Below are positions 36,170-44,705 of a stretch of DNA of 64,000 nt, piece after piece. The first letter of the stretch is position 1. The number at the start of each line of letters is the position of its first letter. The notes under the pieces are model-generated. The model had not been told where the DNA came from. It worked only from the letters and a program-made list of their open reading frames with translations, and did no database searches. The DNA comes from Myxococcota bacterium. Its GTDB lineage: Bacteria > Myxococcota_A > SURF-8 > G963663525. The position numbers and the translations under genes are program-made. The stretch lies in the NCBI GenBank assembly GCA_963676915.2, contig CAXXVK010000052.1, positions 90,459 to 154,458 on the forward strand, written 5' to 3'.

Positions 36170-37267
36170 TTATCGTTTTTCCTGCATGGTCTCCCGATCG
36201 ATCCGCCACAAGCGGCTCGATGCGTCGAAACCATACAGGTTGCCTGATCGATCTACCGCCAACGCACTTGGACGCTGCACCACGCTTTCGGTCTGTTCGT
36301 CCTTCAAAAAAACCTCACTCACCGTCCGATCCAATCCTACGGCCAGGACTTGGTTTTCCAATGGCAATCCAACGAGAATCATTGAATCTCGATTCGAATA
36401 CGCCAGGCGGTAAGGCCGGTTTAGAGATATCAATGGATCGGGTGGGGTTTCCACAGAAAAACTTCGATCCTCGTTCCCGACATAGTTTCCTACAATCCAT
36501 CCTGAACTTTCCCCGAGTCGCAACGTTCTTAACATTTCGTTGCGGGAGTCGGTGAAAAACACAACCTGCTGGTTTCCGAAATCCAAAGCCAGTAGATCCG
36601 TAGGAGTATTCAAAAGCGCCGCTTCCGCATCGGTTTCAAACAAACTGTACCCACTGCCTCCCGAGCGATTCGCCTGCCGAATCCATGTACCGGTTTCGGC
36701 ATCCGCCTGAAAAATCCGATTCAAAGCGGCATCGAGAATCAAAACCGTCACTCGGTCATCATCCAGTACACAATCCACTGCCACAGGCTTTTTCAGAGCG
36801 ATCCACCCACCGAGATCGGCATCCATCACGCGGAATTCCGAAAATCCCTCTTCAGGATGATCCGGGCTCCATAAAACAACCCGCTCATTTCCGGTATCGG
36901 CAATAACCAACCGACCATCGGGGCAAACTGCCAAGTCGGTTGGAAAATACAACAGCTGCTCGTCTTTGCCGCTCTCTTCGCAGATTCCCGTAGCAGTCGT
37001 CACTTGTTCCGTATTTAAATCAATCTCTCGAACACAGTGATTGAAACTGTCGGCAACCCACAAACGACTGGAAGAAGCGAAAACCATTCCCTGCGGTTCA
37101 CCGAAACGCGCTTCGCTTAGGGAACCGTCCAAAAAACCGTTCCCACCTCCTAAAAACGTTACGGTCGGTTCTCCAAATGCAGAACCACCAGACAAATAGA
37201 CAAACAACAGTACCCATCCCATGCGAAATACAGGATTAGAACATCGTTTGACTGCGTTTCGACTCAT
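36170..37267 (-). CDS. Secreted NHL-repeat beta-propeller protein
   Basis: GFLDGSLSEARFGEPQGM, LWVADSFNHCVR, FPTDLAV..DGRLVIADTGN, LNTPTDL, RPSALAVDRSGNLY. Confidence 0.82.
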   Translation of the reverse strand: MSRNAVKRCSNPVFRMGWVLLFVYLSGGSAFGEPTVTFLGGGNGFLDGSLSEARFGEPQGMVFASSSRLWVADSFNHCVREIDLNTEQVTTATGICEESGKDEQLLYFPTDLAVCPDGRLVIADTGNERVVLWSPDHPEEGFSEFRVMDADLGGWIALKKPVAVDCVLDDDRVTVLILDAALNRIFQADAETGTWIRQANRSGGSGYSLFETDAEAALLNTPTDLLALDFGNQQVVFFTDSRNEMLRTLRLGESSGWIVGNYVGNEDRSFSVETPPDPLISLNRPYRLAYSNRDSMILVGLPLENQVLAVGLDRTVSEVFLKDEQTESVVQRPSALAVDRSGNLYGFDASSRLWRIDRETMQEKR

Positions 37268-37269
37268 TC

Positions 37270-39240
37270 CTAAATCTTGCCGGCGGCTTCCTCATCCATC
37301 AAGCGGAAGCCCTCAAGCATCAGATTTTCGGGAGAAGTCATAATCTTCTGTTCGGGTAACGTAACCGAAGTTTCCAAAGAGAACGTTCCGCTATTCCAGC
37401 GCAATAGCTGATAAAACGCTTCTTCGCCTTCGAGATCTTTATAACTGGAGTTGATTACCATTCCGCCGGTAACGAAAATCCGGCCTTCTTCGCCTTCTCC
37501 ATTTTGCACGACGAGCATTCCGGTTTTCCGACCATTGGTCAGCAACTGAACGAGATCCGGCAGGGCAAGGTCTTCCAGCGATCCCGAAACGGCAGCCCGA
37601 TTGACCGGCGCTTGCTCGTTTTTGGCTCCCAAGGCCGATACTCGTTGCTCCATCTGAAGGAACAATCGTTTGATTTTGGCGAGAATCACTTCGGGACGCA
37701 GAGGATGCGTATAGAAATCCTCGGCTCCGGCATCGAAGCCCTCGGTAATGATCCTGGGATCTTCGTCTTCGTTGGAGAGGAAAAGGAAATAGATTTCGCT
37801 ATAGTTGGGATTCGTTTTGACAGCCTGGCAGAATTGCACTCCGGTCAGCGGCTGGGCGTTGACCTCGGAAAGAATCATGCTGACTTCGTTGTTTTTCAGG
37901 GTACTGATGGCTGTATCGGTGTCCCGAGCAACAAGCACCCGGTATCCGGCGTCTTTCAGGCGACCGATCAACGGTGTAAACTGCGTCCCCTGGGTATCGA
38001 CAAACATCACGGTCTGACGTTGTCGTAATTCAATGGATTCCTGTGTAGAATCGTCTGGCCGTCCCACGATATCGAACAGAGCGGAAACCACATCCGGATC
38101 GAAGGCTTTTCCTTGGAGGCTACTGATTTTATTGAGAATATTCCCAACCTTGGTCTCTTCGCTCTCTGCCGTCCGAACGAGATCCTCGTATGCATCCAGC
38201 AAAGCCAGAATACGAGAACCGATGGGAATTTCCTTTTCCTTAAGTTTCTCGGGGAATCCTTTGCCGTCCCAGCGCTCGAACATACTTCCGAGAATAGCCG
38301 GAATCTGCCGTGGGAAATTGACGTTTTCCACCAGTCGTACAGGCGTATGAGCGTATTTTTTCGCCTGTTGGAAATCATCGGCATTGCGAATATTGGCCAA
38401 TGTGGGGTGCACACCCTCTTTTTTTCCAAGATCGTGCAGGTAGGCGGCAATTACGACCAAAAACGTTTCTTTTTTACCAAGTTTCAGCTTTTCGGCGATC
38501 TGTTTCGCGAAATTGGCCACAGACGCCGAATGGCCACGGAAATTATCTTTTCGCAATTCGATCAATGAAATCAATATGTTGAGAAGCTCAATAAACACCG
38601 AATCGGAAATAATCTGTGATCCGGCGGCTTCTTTATCGGCCATGACCCGAACATCTTCGAGAATCGAGGCCTGGTTGTCTTCTGGCGGATGAGCTGGAAC
38701 CTGGGATTTTCGTAACATTGGCTTGGGATGCTTGCCAATGACCGATTCCTTGCCTTTTCCCCAGTCTCCCAGGGTCGTGAAAGCTTGGTCGTCGCTTCGG
38801 TAAAAATATTTGATCGCCGCGAGAATCGCCGGCCGCAAGGCCAGATAAGCTTTGACTTCGTTACATTGTGCAAGAAGCTGTACTTCCTTGATCAGCTTCA
38901 AATCGGTAGGATTGCTCGCAAGAATCGAGAGAATCGAATTTTTCTTGTCATATAAAATAGGAAGGACGGCTCTCGGTTCGGCATACTGGAGAGGAATCAT
39001 GTCCAGCACGCTACGCGGAATGGAAAGCTGGGCCAGCTTATCCGACGTCATGTAGTGGATTTTGTAACGGTCGGCCAGAACCTTCAACATATCCACTTCG
39101 CTGATATAATTCAGCGTAACCAGCAATTCGCCAAGACGTTCTTTGCGTTTATGTTGGTGTTGCAGAGCGACTTCAAGCTGTTCTCTCGAAATCAACCCTA
39201 AATCCAGTAAAAATTGTCCGATGGGCGGAAAGGTGGTCAT
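37270..39240 (-). CDS. MshEN/GSPII_N - HD-GYP-like - receiver-like - DUF4388 multidomain signalling protein
   Basis: IGQFLLDLGLI...LQHQ and RLGELLVTLNYI; GHSASVA..LHDLGK..ERWDGKGFP..IPIGSRILALLD; REC-like block; SGSLEDLALPDLVQLLTNGRKTGML...GEEAFYQLLRW. Confidence 0.85.
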   Translation of the reverse strand: MTTFPPIGQFLLDLGLISREQLEVALQHQHKRKERLGELLVTLNYISEVDMLKVLADRYKIHYMTSDKLAQLSIPRSVLDMIPLQYAEPRAVLPILYDKKNSILSILASNPTDLKLIKEVQLLAQCNEVKAYLALRPAILAAIKYFYRSDDQAFTTLGDWGKGKESVIGKHPKPMLRKSQVPAHPPEDNQASILEDVRVMADKEAAGSQIISDSVFIELLNILISLIELRKDNFRGHSASVANFAKQIAEKLKLGKKETFLVVIAAYLHDLGKKEGVHPTLANIRNADDFQQAKKYAHTPVRLVENVNFPRQIPAILGSMFERWDGKGFPEKLKEKEIPIGSRILALLDAYEDLVRTAESEETKVGNILNKISSLQGKAFDPDVVSALFDIVGRPDDSTQESIELRQRQTVMFVDTQGTQFTPLIGRLKDAGYRVLVARDTDTAISTLKNNEVSMILSEVNAQPLTGVQFCQAVKTNPNYSEIYFLFLSNEDEDPRIITEGFDAGAEDFYTHPLRPEVILAKIKRLFLQMEQRVSALGAKNEQAPVNRAAVSGSLEDLALPDLVQLLTNGRKTGMLVVQNGEGEEGRIFVTGGMVINSSYKDLEGEEAFYQLLRWNSGTFSLETSVTLPEQKIMTSPENLMLEGFRLMDEEAAGKI

Positions 39241-39276
39241 ATGGAACGGCCTGCCGCGACAAATTGTAAAGAATTG

Positions 39277-39306
39277 ATTATAGGAAGGAGATGGCTAAAA
39301 AGTCAA
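39277..39306 (-). promoter_or_regulatory. Sigma-70 promoter of the MshEN/HD-GYP gene
   Basis: Minus strand TTGACT-N18-TATAAT. Confidence 0.6.
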
Positions 39307-39416
39307 GAATCCCCATCCTATCGGAGTTGACACGCGGTCCAACACTGAATCCGACACACCCGGCAGGGAATGAAAAGCGAGCTTCACACTCCCCACCGTA
39401 AGCGTGTTTCAGCGGC

Positions 39417-40118
39417 TTAGCGTTCTTCGATGGTCAATTTCTTGAGCACCACGTCCTTTGCCGGTTTATCTCGGGGACCGGTTTCCACACGGGCGATTTC
39501 CTTGACCAACTCAAAGTTCTTCGTCACTTCACCGAAAATCGTATGGCGATTGTTCAGGTGAGGCGTCGGAACCTCGGTAATGAAAAACTGGCTGCCGTTG
39601 GTGTTGGGACCGGCATTCGCCATGGCCAGCAGACCGGGGCGATCGAATTTGAGCTTGGGATCGAACTCGTCTTCGAATTTGTATCCGGGACCGCCGGTGC
39701 CGGTGCCACGAGGATCGCCACCCTGAATCATGAAATTCGGAATGACACGGTGGAAGATCGTACCGTCGTACAAAGGTTTATCTTTGACCTTTTTGAACGA
39801 GCGGGGATCGACCCATTCTTTTTCCCCGCGAGCCAACTCGACGAAATTCCGAACGGTTTTCGGAGCGGATTCGGGGAACAGTTTGATTTCGATGGTTCCC
39901 ATGGACGTTTCCATGATGGCGAATAACGTTTTACCTGGAGTAACCAATGGTTTTTCCTCCTTTTTTTCAATCTTTTTCGTTTCGGGTTGAACTTTCTCCG
40001 CCTTCTTTTGCGCGGCGGCTACGGCTTTATTGGAAGGATTCGCATTCGCATCGTTTTGAGATTCCGAACACGATATGGCAAAAACAATAACAAGAAAAAT
40101 GACGAACAGTCGCTTCAT
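39417..40118 (-). CDS. Cyclophilin-type peptidyl-prolyl cis-trans isomerase, lipoprotein
   Basis: Lipobox AISC, APKTVRNF, FHRVIPNFMIQGGDP, LAMANAGPNTNGSQFFIT, HTIFGEV. Confidence 0.95.
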   Translation of the reverse strand: MKRLFVIFLVIVFAISCSESQNDANANPSNKAVAAAQKKAEKVQPETKKIEKKEEKPLVTPGKTLFAIMETSMGTIEIKLFPESAPKTVRNFVELARGEKEWVDPRSFKKVKDKPLYDGTIFHRVIPNFMIQGGDPRGTGTGGPGYKFEDEFDPKLKFDRPGLLAMANAGPNTNGSQFFITEVPTPHLNNRHTIFGEVTKNFELVKEIARVETGPRDKPAKDVVLKKLTIEER

Positions 40119-40243
40119 CTTCCCCTCCGGATAATTGAAAAATCTGAACGATCCAAACGATCTTTGATGACATCTACCAAGAAAAAGCAGGCAATGCAAC
40201 CAGAACATGCCTGTTTAGCCGTACATCCACGTAATGAGGTTCC

Positions 40244-40804
40244 CTACCCTTCCATCGACCTTCGACGCTTTGCCAGCCACAAAGCACCCAGAATCAACAG
40301 TATCGACATCTCCCCCTGGCCTTGGGGAATGCTTCGACAATTGGCTCCACCGGCTTCCATGAAATTCGCCGGTTGAAATTCACAGACCTGATTCAGACAG
40401 AAATAATAAGCCGGGCAATCACTGTCCCATTCACAGGTCGTCGGCTTGCACACACCTTCACCTTCATCACAATAGTGAACGGCACTGGCACAATCATCGT
40501 CGGAACTGCATGAACGGCGAACGCATAGCCCTGTAGCGTCACATTCGTACCCAGTGGGGCATTCCCCGTCGAGTCCGGTTTCGCATCGAACGTCGTAACT
40601 GCTCGCAGCGAGAGAAGAAATTGGAACGTCAGTTGTGTCATCCGCAGGTTCGTTCGGATTGACACATTCCCCTTCCACGCATTCCAAAGCTATTTCACCG
40701 GGAAACTGGCAGTCCTCGTCGCTTGCGCAGGCTCCCCACGCAAATCCGGAAAACAGTACGAGACTTCCCAGCATTAAAAGACTTAACGTCAATCTTTTCG
40801 TCAT
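40244..40804 (-). CDS. Small Cys-rich (CxxDxDC repeat) surface protein with a MYXO-CTERM-like tail
   Basis: Signal peptide, repeats CASDEDC / CSSDDDC / CEWDSDC, and tail GGANCRSIPQGQGEMSILLILGALWLAKRRR. Confidence 0.8.
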   Translation of the reverse strand: MTKRLTLSLLMLGSLVLFSGFAWGACASDEDCQFPGEIALECVEGECVNPNEPADDTTDVPISSLAASSYDVRCETGLDGECPTGYECDATGLCVRRSCSSDDDCASAVHYCDEGEGVCKPTTCEWDSDCPAYYFCLNQVCEFQPANFMEAGGANCRSIPQGQGEMSILLILGALWLAKRRRSMEG

Positions 40805-41080
40805 CGGTTACCTCCTCAGAGGTTTGAAAGTAAAACGCCCAAAAACGCAAGTCAAGGAAAGCCTAAGATAATTTCGACGGTCTGTCATTAAAGCCACCTT
40901 GGCTCAAAGGTTTTCACAAATTTCCAACATTATTCCAACATATCGAAATATCTTCTTTTTTGGCATTCAAACGAAGAATTGGACGTTCCCAACACTCTTC
41001 TTTGCAATGTTTTCCTTTCTTCCTCGTGCATTCGATGATAGGAAAAAGGCAACGAAAACTGTCAGGAAAGTTTCGAGACG

Positions 41081-41950
41081 ATGGTTGTATGGCTCACCGC
41101 ACTGCTTACGATGGTCGCAAATCCGCTTCCTTCCGACGATCTTTTCAACGATCTGACCTGTGAAAAACATATTCAGCATTACGACGTCTATTCCGTCGCC
41201 GTTCATGCGGGAGAAGCGAAAAAACAGGAAATTATCTGTCCCGACCGAAATATTTCGGAAATCAAGCTTACAACAAAGATAAACGTGCTGGTGCTCGTCA
41301 CCCGCTATACCTTCGAATCCCGTATCCAAGCCAAGTTCGACGATCAGGGAATGGTGGAGTTTTACAGTTTTTCCAAATACAACGACGATATCGCCGAATG
41401 GGAAGGCAAACGCGAAGGCAACTACTTTGTCATCAACGGACGTACCGGACCTTTGGACAATCTCCCTCCTCCCCAGGAGCGTCGTTTCGAACGCAAAGAT
41501 TTCGCTTTCGTCAATATCGATTATTTTCCTTACATCGCTGCGCTGGTGCAGGAACAATTGACGTTTCCGGTACTGAATCTTTGGAATGGCAACCTCGAAC
41601 TGCATACGGTCACGCCACATGGACTCGTGAAATGTCCCAGTAAAAGAGATCAGCGTTGCTATGAAGTCTACTACAAATCACCCACCCGAGAGGCCACCCA
41701 AATCCTCAACGATATCGGGATGATGGTTAAATCTTCCGGCACGGACGAACGCGGTCCATACCGCACGGTGGAGCGTATTCTCGAAGAGACTCCTCCACCA
41801 CTGGTCATCGAACGGTTCAAAGAACCGAAACCCGAGAAAAAGAAAAGCTGGTGGTGGCCTTTTGGCGGTTCCAACAAGAAAAAAGAAACACCTGCTCCAT
41901 CCGAGAAAACACCTGAAAAAACGCCCTCGTCCGAGACTTCTCAACCATAA
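41081..41950 (+). CDS. Hypothetical exported protein (DUF6134/DUF3108-like beta-rich fold)
   Basis: 289-aa ORF with a hydrophobic N-terminus, alternating beta strands, and C-terminal KKKSWWWPFGG plus a Pro/Lys tail. Confidence 0.6.
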   Translation: MVVWLTALLTMVANPLPSDDLFNDLTCEKHIQHYDVYSVAVHAGEAKKQEIICPDRNISEIKLTTKINVLVLVTRYTFESRIQAKFDDQGMVEFYSFSKYNDDIAEWEGKREGNYFVINGRTGPLDNLPPPQERRFERKDFAFVNIDYFPYIAALVQEQLTFPVLNLWNGNLELHTVTPHGLVKCPSKRDQRCYEVYYKSPTREATQILNDIGMMVKSSGTDERGPYRTVERILEETPPPLVIERFKEPKPEKKKSWWWPFGGSNKKKETPAPSEKTPEKTPSSETSQP

Positions 41951-41984
41951 GAAAAACCGATCCGATCGATTCATTTTTCTTTGA

Positions 41985-42013
41985 TTGACCTCGTTCGACC
42001 ATCTCGCTAACAT
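41985..42013 (+). promoter_or_regulatory. Candidate sigma-70 promoter of ilvE
   Basis: TTGACC-N17-TAACAT. Confidence 0.5.
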
Positions 42014-42085
42014 GGTTAGAGCAAAGAGTGTTTTTTCATAACCATTTCGATATTTTTTAAAGGTTTTACAATCCGAGGAGACGCT

Positions 42086-43186
42086 ATGGCTTCTGCGATT
42101 CAATCCACGATCCACGAACTGTCCCAAATGGCCCGTAAAGCGAAAGTTTTCGCTAGTATGCCCTGGATCGAGGGGTTGACCCCCGTAATGATGGGTGACG
42201 CCGAACGGACCACAACCTATGCCACCGATGAAATCGTCGAACGCAGGGAAGGAATCTTCAATCTCGATGAAATCGGCCTGAGTCCGCTGGATCACGGCGG
42301 TCTGTACGGTGACGGATGTTTCGAAGGAATCCTGATCGCCCATGGTCGTGTGTGGCTGTTCAAAGAGCACCTCGAACGCTGGTACCGCTCCGCCGAAATG
42401 ACGCATATCGATTTCCCTTACGCCATCGAGGATATCGCCTGGCGCACGCTGGAAACCATTCGACGAGTCGGTATTGCAGACGACGAACAAGGCTATCTGC
42501 GGCCCGTATTGACACGCGGGCTGGGAAATCTAGGGATCAATCCCGGTAAATGCATCGCTCCTACGATTTACGTTGTTGCCAGCACCATCGCGTTGTATCC
42601 GCCGGAAAAATACGAAACCGGCATCGAATTATCCGTGGCGCGTCAAACCCGCCGTCCCGACCCGGAATTCGTAGATCCCAACATCAAAAGCCTCAATTAT
42701 CTCAACAACATCTTCAGTTTGATCGAAACCCGCGACGCCGGACGGCTCGAAACCCTGATGCTGACTCACAAAGGTTACGTAGCCGAAGCCTCGGCAGACA
42801 ACATTTTCACAATCTACCGGAAAGAGGGTTGGGAAAACGACCCCTCGAAAGTGGAAATCCGCACACCGCTGGGTGACTACTGTCTTCGCGGCATTACCCG
42901 CAACACCATTATCGATCTGGCCAAAGCCGAAGGTTACGACGTTCGGGAAGATGCTCACTTGATACCGCTCGACTTCACCGGGCCGGAAAAAGAATGCTTC
43001 ATGACCGGAACGGGCGCCGGACTGATGCCGGTCACCGCCGTAGAGTGCAATCAGGTGGGAGACGGACGACCGGGACCGGTCACCAAAAACCTGCTCGAAA
43101 AACTCCGGGCCAACCAGCGAAGCACTGAAAGCGGACTGCCCGTGAATGCGACCTTCGAAGAGGTCAAACGCTACCTCGGGAAATAA
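42086..43186 (+). CDS. ilvE: Class IV PLP aminotransferase (branched-chain amino acid aminotransferase)
   Basis: DHGGLYGDGCFEGI, YLRPVLTRG, IKSLNYLNN, EASADNIF, LRGITR, FMTGTGA, GDGRPGPVT. Confidence 0.88.
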   Translation: MASAIQSTIHELSQMARKAKVFASMPWIEGLTPVMMGDAERTTTYATDEIVERREGIFNLDEIGLSPLDHGGLYGDGCFEGILIAHGRVWLFKEHLERWYRSAEMTHIDFPYAIEDIAWRTLETIRRVGIADDEQGYLRPVLTRGLGNLGINPGKCIAPTIYVVASTIALYPPEKYETGIELSVARQTRRPDPEFVDPNIKSLNYLNNIFSLIETRDAGRLETLMLTHKGYVAEASADNIFTIYRKEGWENDPSKVEIRTPLGDYCLRGITRNTIIDLAKAEGYDVREDAHLIPLDFTGPEKECFMTGTGAGLMPVTAVECNQVGDGRPGPVTKNLLEKLRANQRSTESGLPVNATFEEVKRYLGK

Positions 43187-43204
43187 GAAATCCTGAACAA
43201 ACAT

Positions 43205-43242
43205 AAAATCCCCCGGCCGAAACTCGGCAGGGGGATTTTTTT
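43205..43242 (+). terminator. Rho-independent terminator between convergent ilvE and FAD oxidoreductase genes (probably bidirectional)
   Basis: AAAATCCCCC-G-GCCGA-AAC-TCGGC-A-GGGGGATTTT followed by a T-run. Confidence 0.85.
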
Positions 43243-43258
43243 GTATCGTTTCGATAGG

Positions 43259-44590
43259 TTACCGGTAATTGTCCGGTGAAAACTTCGCGTACAACTCACC
43301 GAAAAGGTTCTCGGGATCGAGCTTTTTCTTGACAGCTTCGATTTCGGGACGGTTGTAAATGGTCCAAAACGTTTCTTCGTCGTAATGGTTTCGGGAAATC
43401 AGCGTTTTGATGCCGTGGAGTTCAGTGACTTTCTTCTCCAACAGTTCCGAATAATCCACATCGGGACGGTTGTTCAGCTTGCCGTAAACGGCAGCGTCGA
43501 TCACAAAAGGTTCGCCCATCCGCTCGGCGTATTTGCGATCCACCCACGGATAAACTTCCGACATTTTGTAGGGTACGATCCACAGTGGGTAGAAGTCGAA
43601 ATCCGTTTCATACCATTTATAAAAACGGTCGAAATTGTGTCGAGGAATGAATACGTCCACCACCACCTCGGGGCGCTTCTTCAGACGAAGGATCGACCGC
43701 AGGCGCTGACTCCAAGTAATCAGGTTCGTACTTCCCAGCACCAGCTTTCCGATCAAAGCCCGCATCGGTTTCGTTTCGAGCAGCGGAATGGTTTTTGTCA
43801 ACCAATGGCATTCGGCATCGTACCGGAAAAAATACTGCTCTGCGGTAAGGTAGTCTTCTTTTCGTTCCAAGGTGCTTTTGTAAAAAACATTGAGCCATTC
43901 GTAGTCGGACAGATACGGTGCGGAATCTACCATTTCGCCCAAACACAGTACGAATTGATTTTTGCTATGAACGATACCGTCAATAAAGGTGAAATCACCC
44001 GTATCGCAACGTTCGGTCAATTCCTTCCAAAACTCTTCGTAGGTCGAGAACGTCCGATACTCCATTTTTACGTAAGGTTTGGCGGGAATCAACTTGAAAG
44101 TCGCCTTCGTCAAACGCCCCAGCGTGCCATAGGAACCATGCAGCAAGTGGAACACGTCCGGGTCTTTCTCCGGTGAGCAGGTACGGACCTCGCCCGTTCC
44201 GGTAAGGTACTCATATTCCAGGCAATTGTCATGAAAGCCACCGTAGCGATAAGACGTGGATTCCAGCGAGCAGCCCGAAATCGCTCCGCCAACGGTAATC
44301 GTTTTCAGTTCCGGCACAACCACCGGCATCAATCCCTTGGGCAGCGTGTGCCGCACCAGTTCATGAAACGTCAAACCGGGTTCGACCGTGGCGGTACGGG
44401 CGGCTTCGTCAATGTCCAACAACCGATTGAGCGGTTTGAAATCAATGGCAGGTTTTGCTTCTTCGCTTGCGTATGGATTGGGAACGAAATGCGAAATCAC
44501 TTCCTTTTCGAAGCGGACCTTCTGTTTTTGCGTGGCGGCGCTACGAATCGCTTCTGCGACTCGGGCGACTCGGGCATCGTGAGAAGTCAT
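43259..44590 (-). CDS. FAD-binding (VAO/PCMH) oxidoreductase, delta24-sterol reductase / Rv3719-like
   Basis: ATVEPGLT, PVVVPELKTITVGGAISGCSLESTSYRYGGFHD, HGSYGTLG, YFFRYD, PLWIVP, KKKLDPENLFGELYAK. Confidence 0.85.
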   Translation of the reverse strand: MTSHDARVARVAEAIRSAATQKQKVRFEKEVISHFVPNPYASEEAKPAIDFKPLNRLLDIDEAARTATVEPGLTFHELVRHTLPKGLMPVVVPELKTITVGGAISGCSLESTSYRYGGFHDNCLEYEYLTGTGEVRTCSPEKDPDVFHLLHGSYGTLGRLTKATFKLIPAKPYVKMEYRTFSTYEEFWKELTERCDTGDFTFIDGIVHSKNQFVLCLGEMVDSAPYLSDYEWLNVFYKSTLERKEDYLTAEQYFFRYDAECHWLTKTIPLLETKPMRALIGKLVLGSTNLITWSQRLRSILRLKKRPEVVVDVFIPRHNFDRFYKWYETDFDFYPLWIVPYKMSEVYPWVDRKYAERMGEPFVIDAAVYGKLNNRPDVDYSELLEKKVTELHGIKTLISRNHYDEETFWTIYNRPEIEAVKKKLDPENLFGELYAKFSPDNYR

Positions 44591-44705
44591 GGAAATCCTT
44601 TCGTTTTTCTTTCATCAACTTTCGATGTTGCGTTCCCAAACCGTCTCTAATGGTGAGTTGTTCCCCAAAAGAGACCCTCCGCTATACGATTCTTTGAGGC
44701 TGTGG

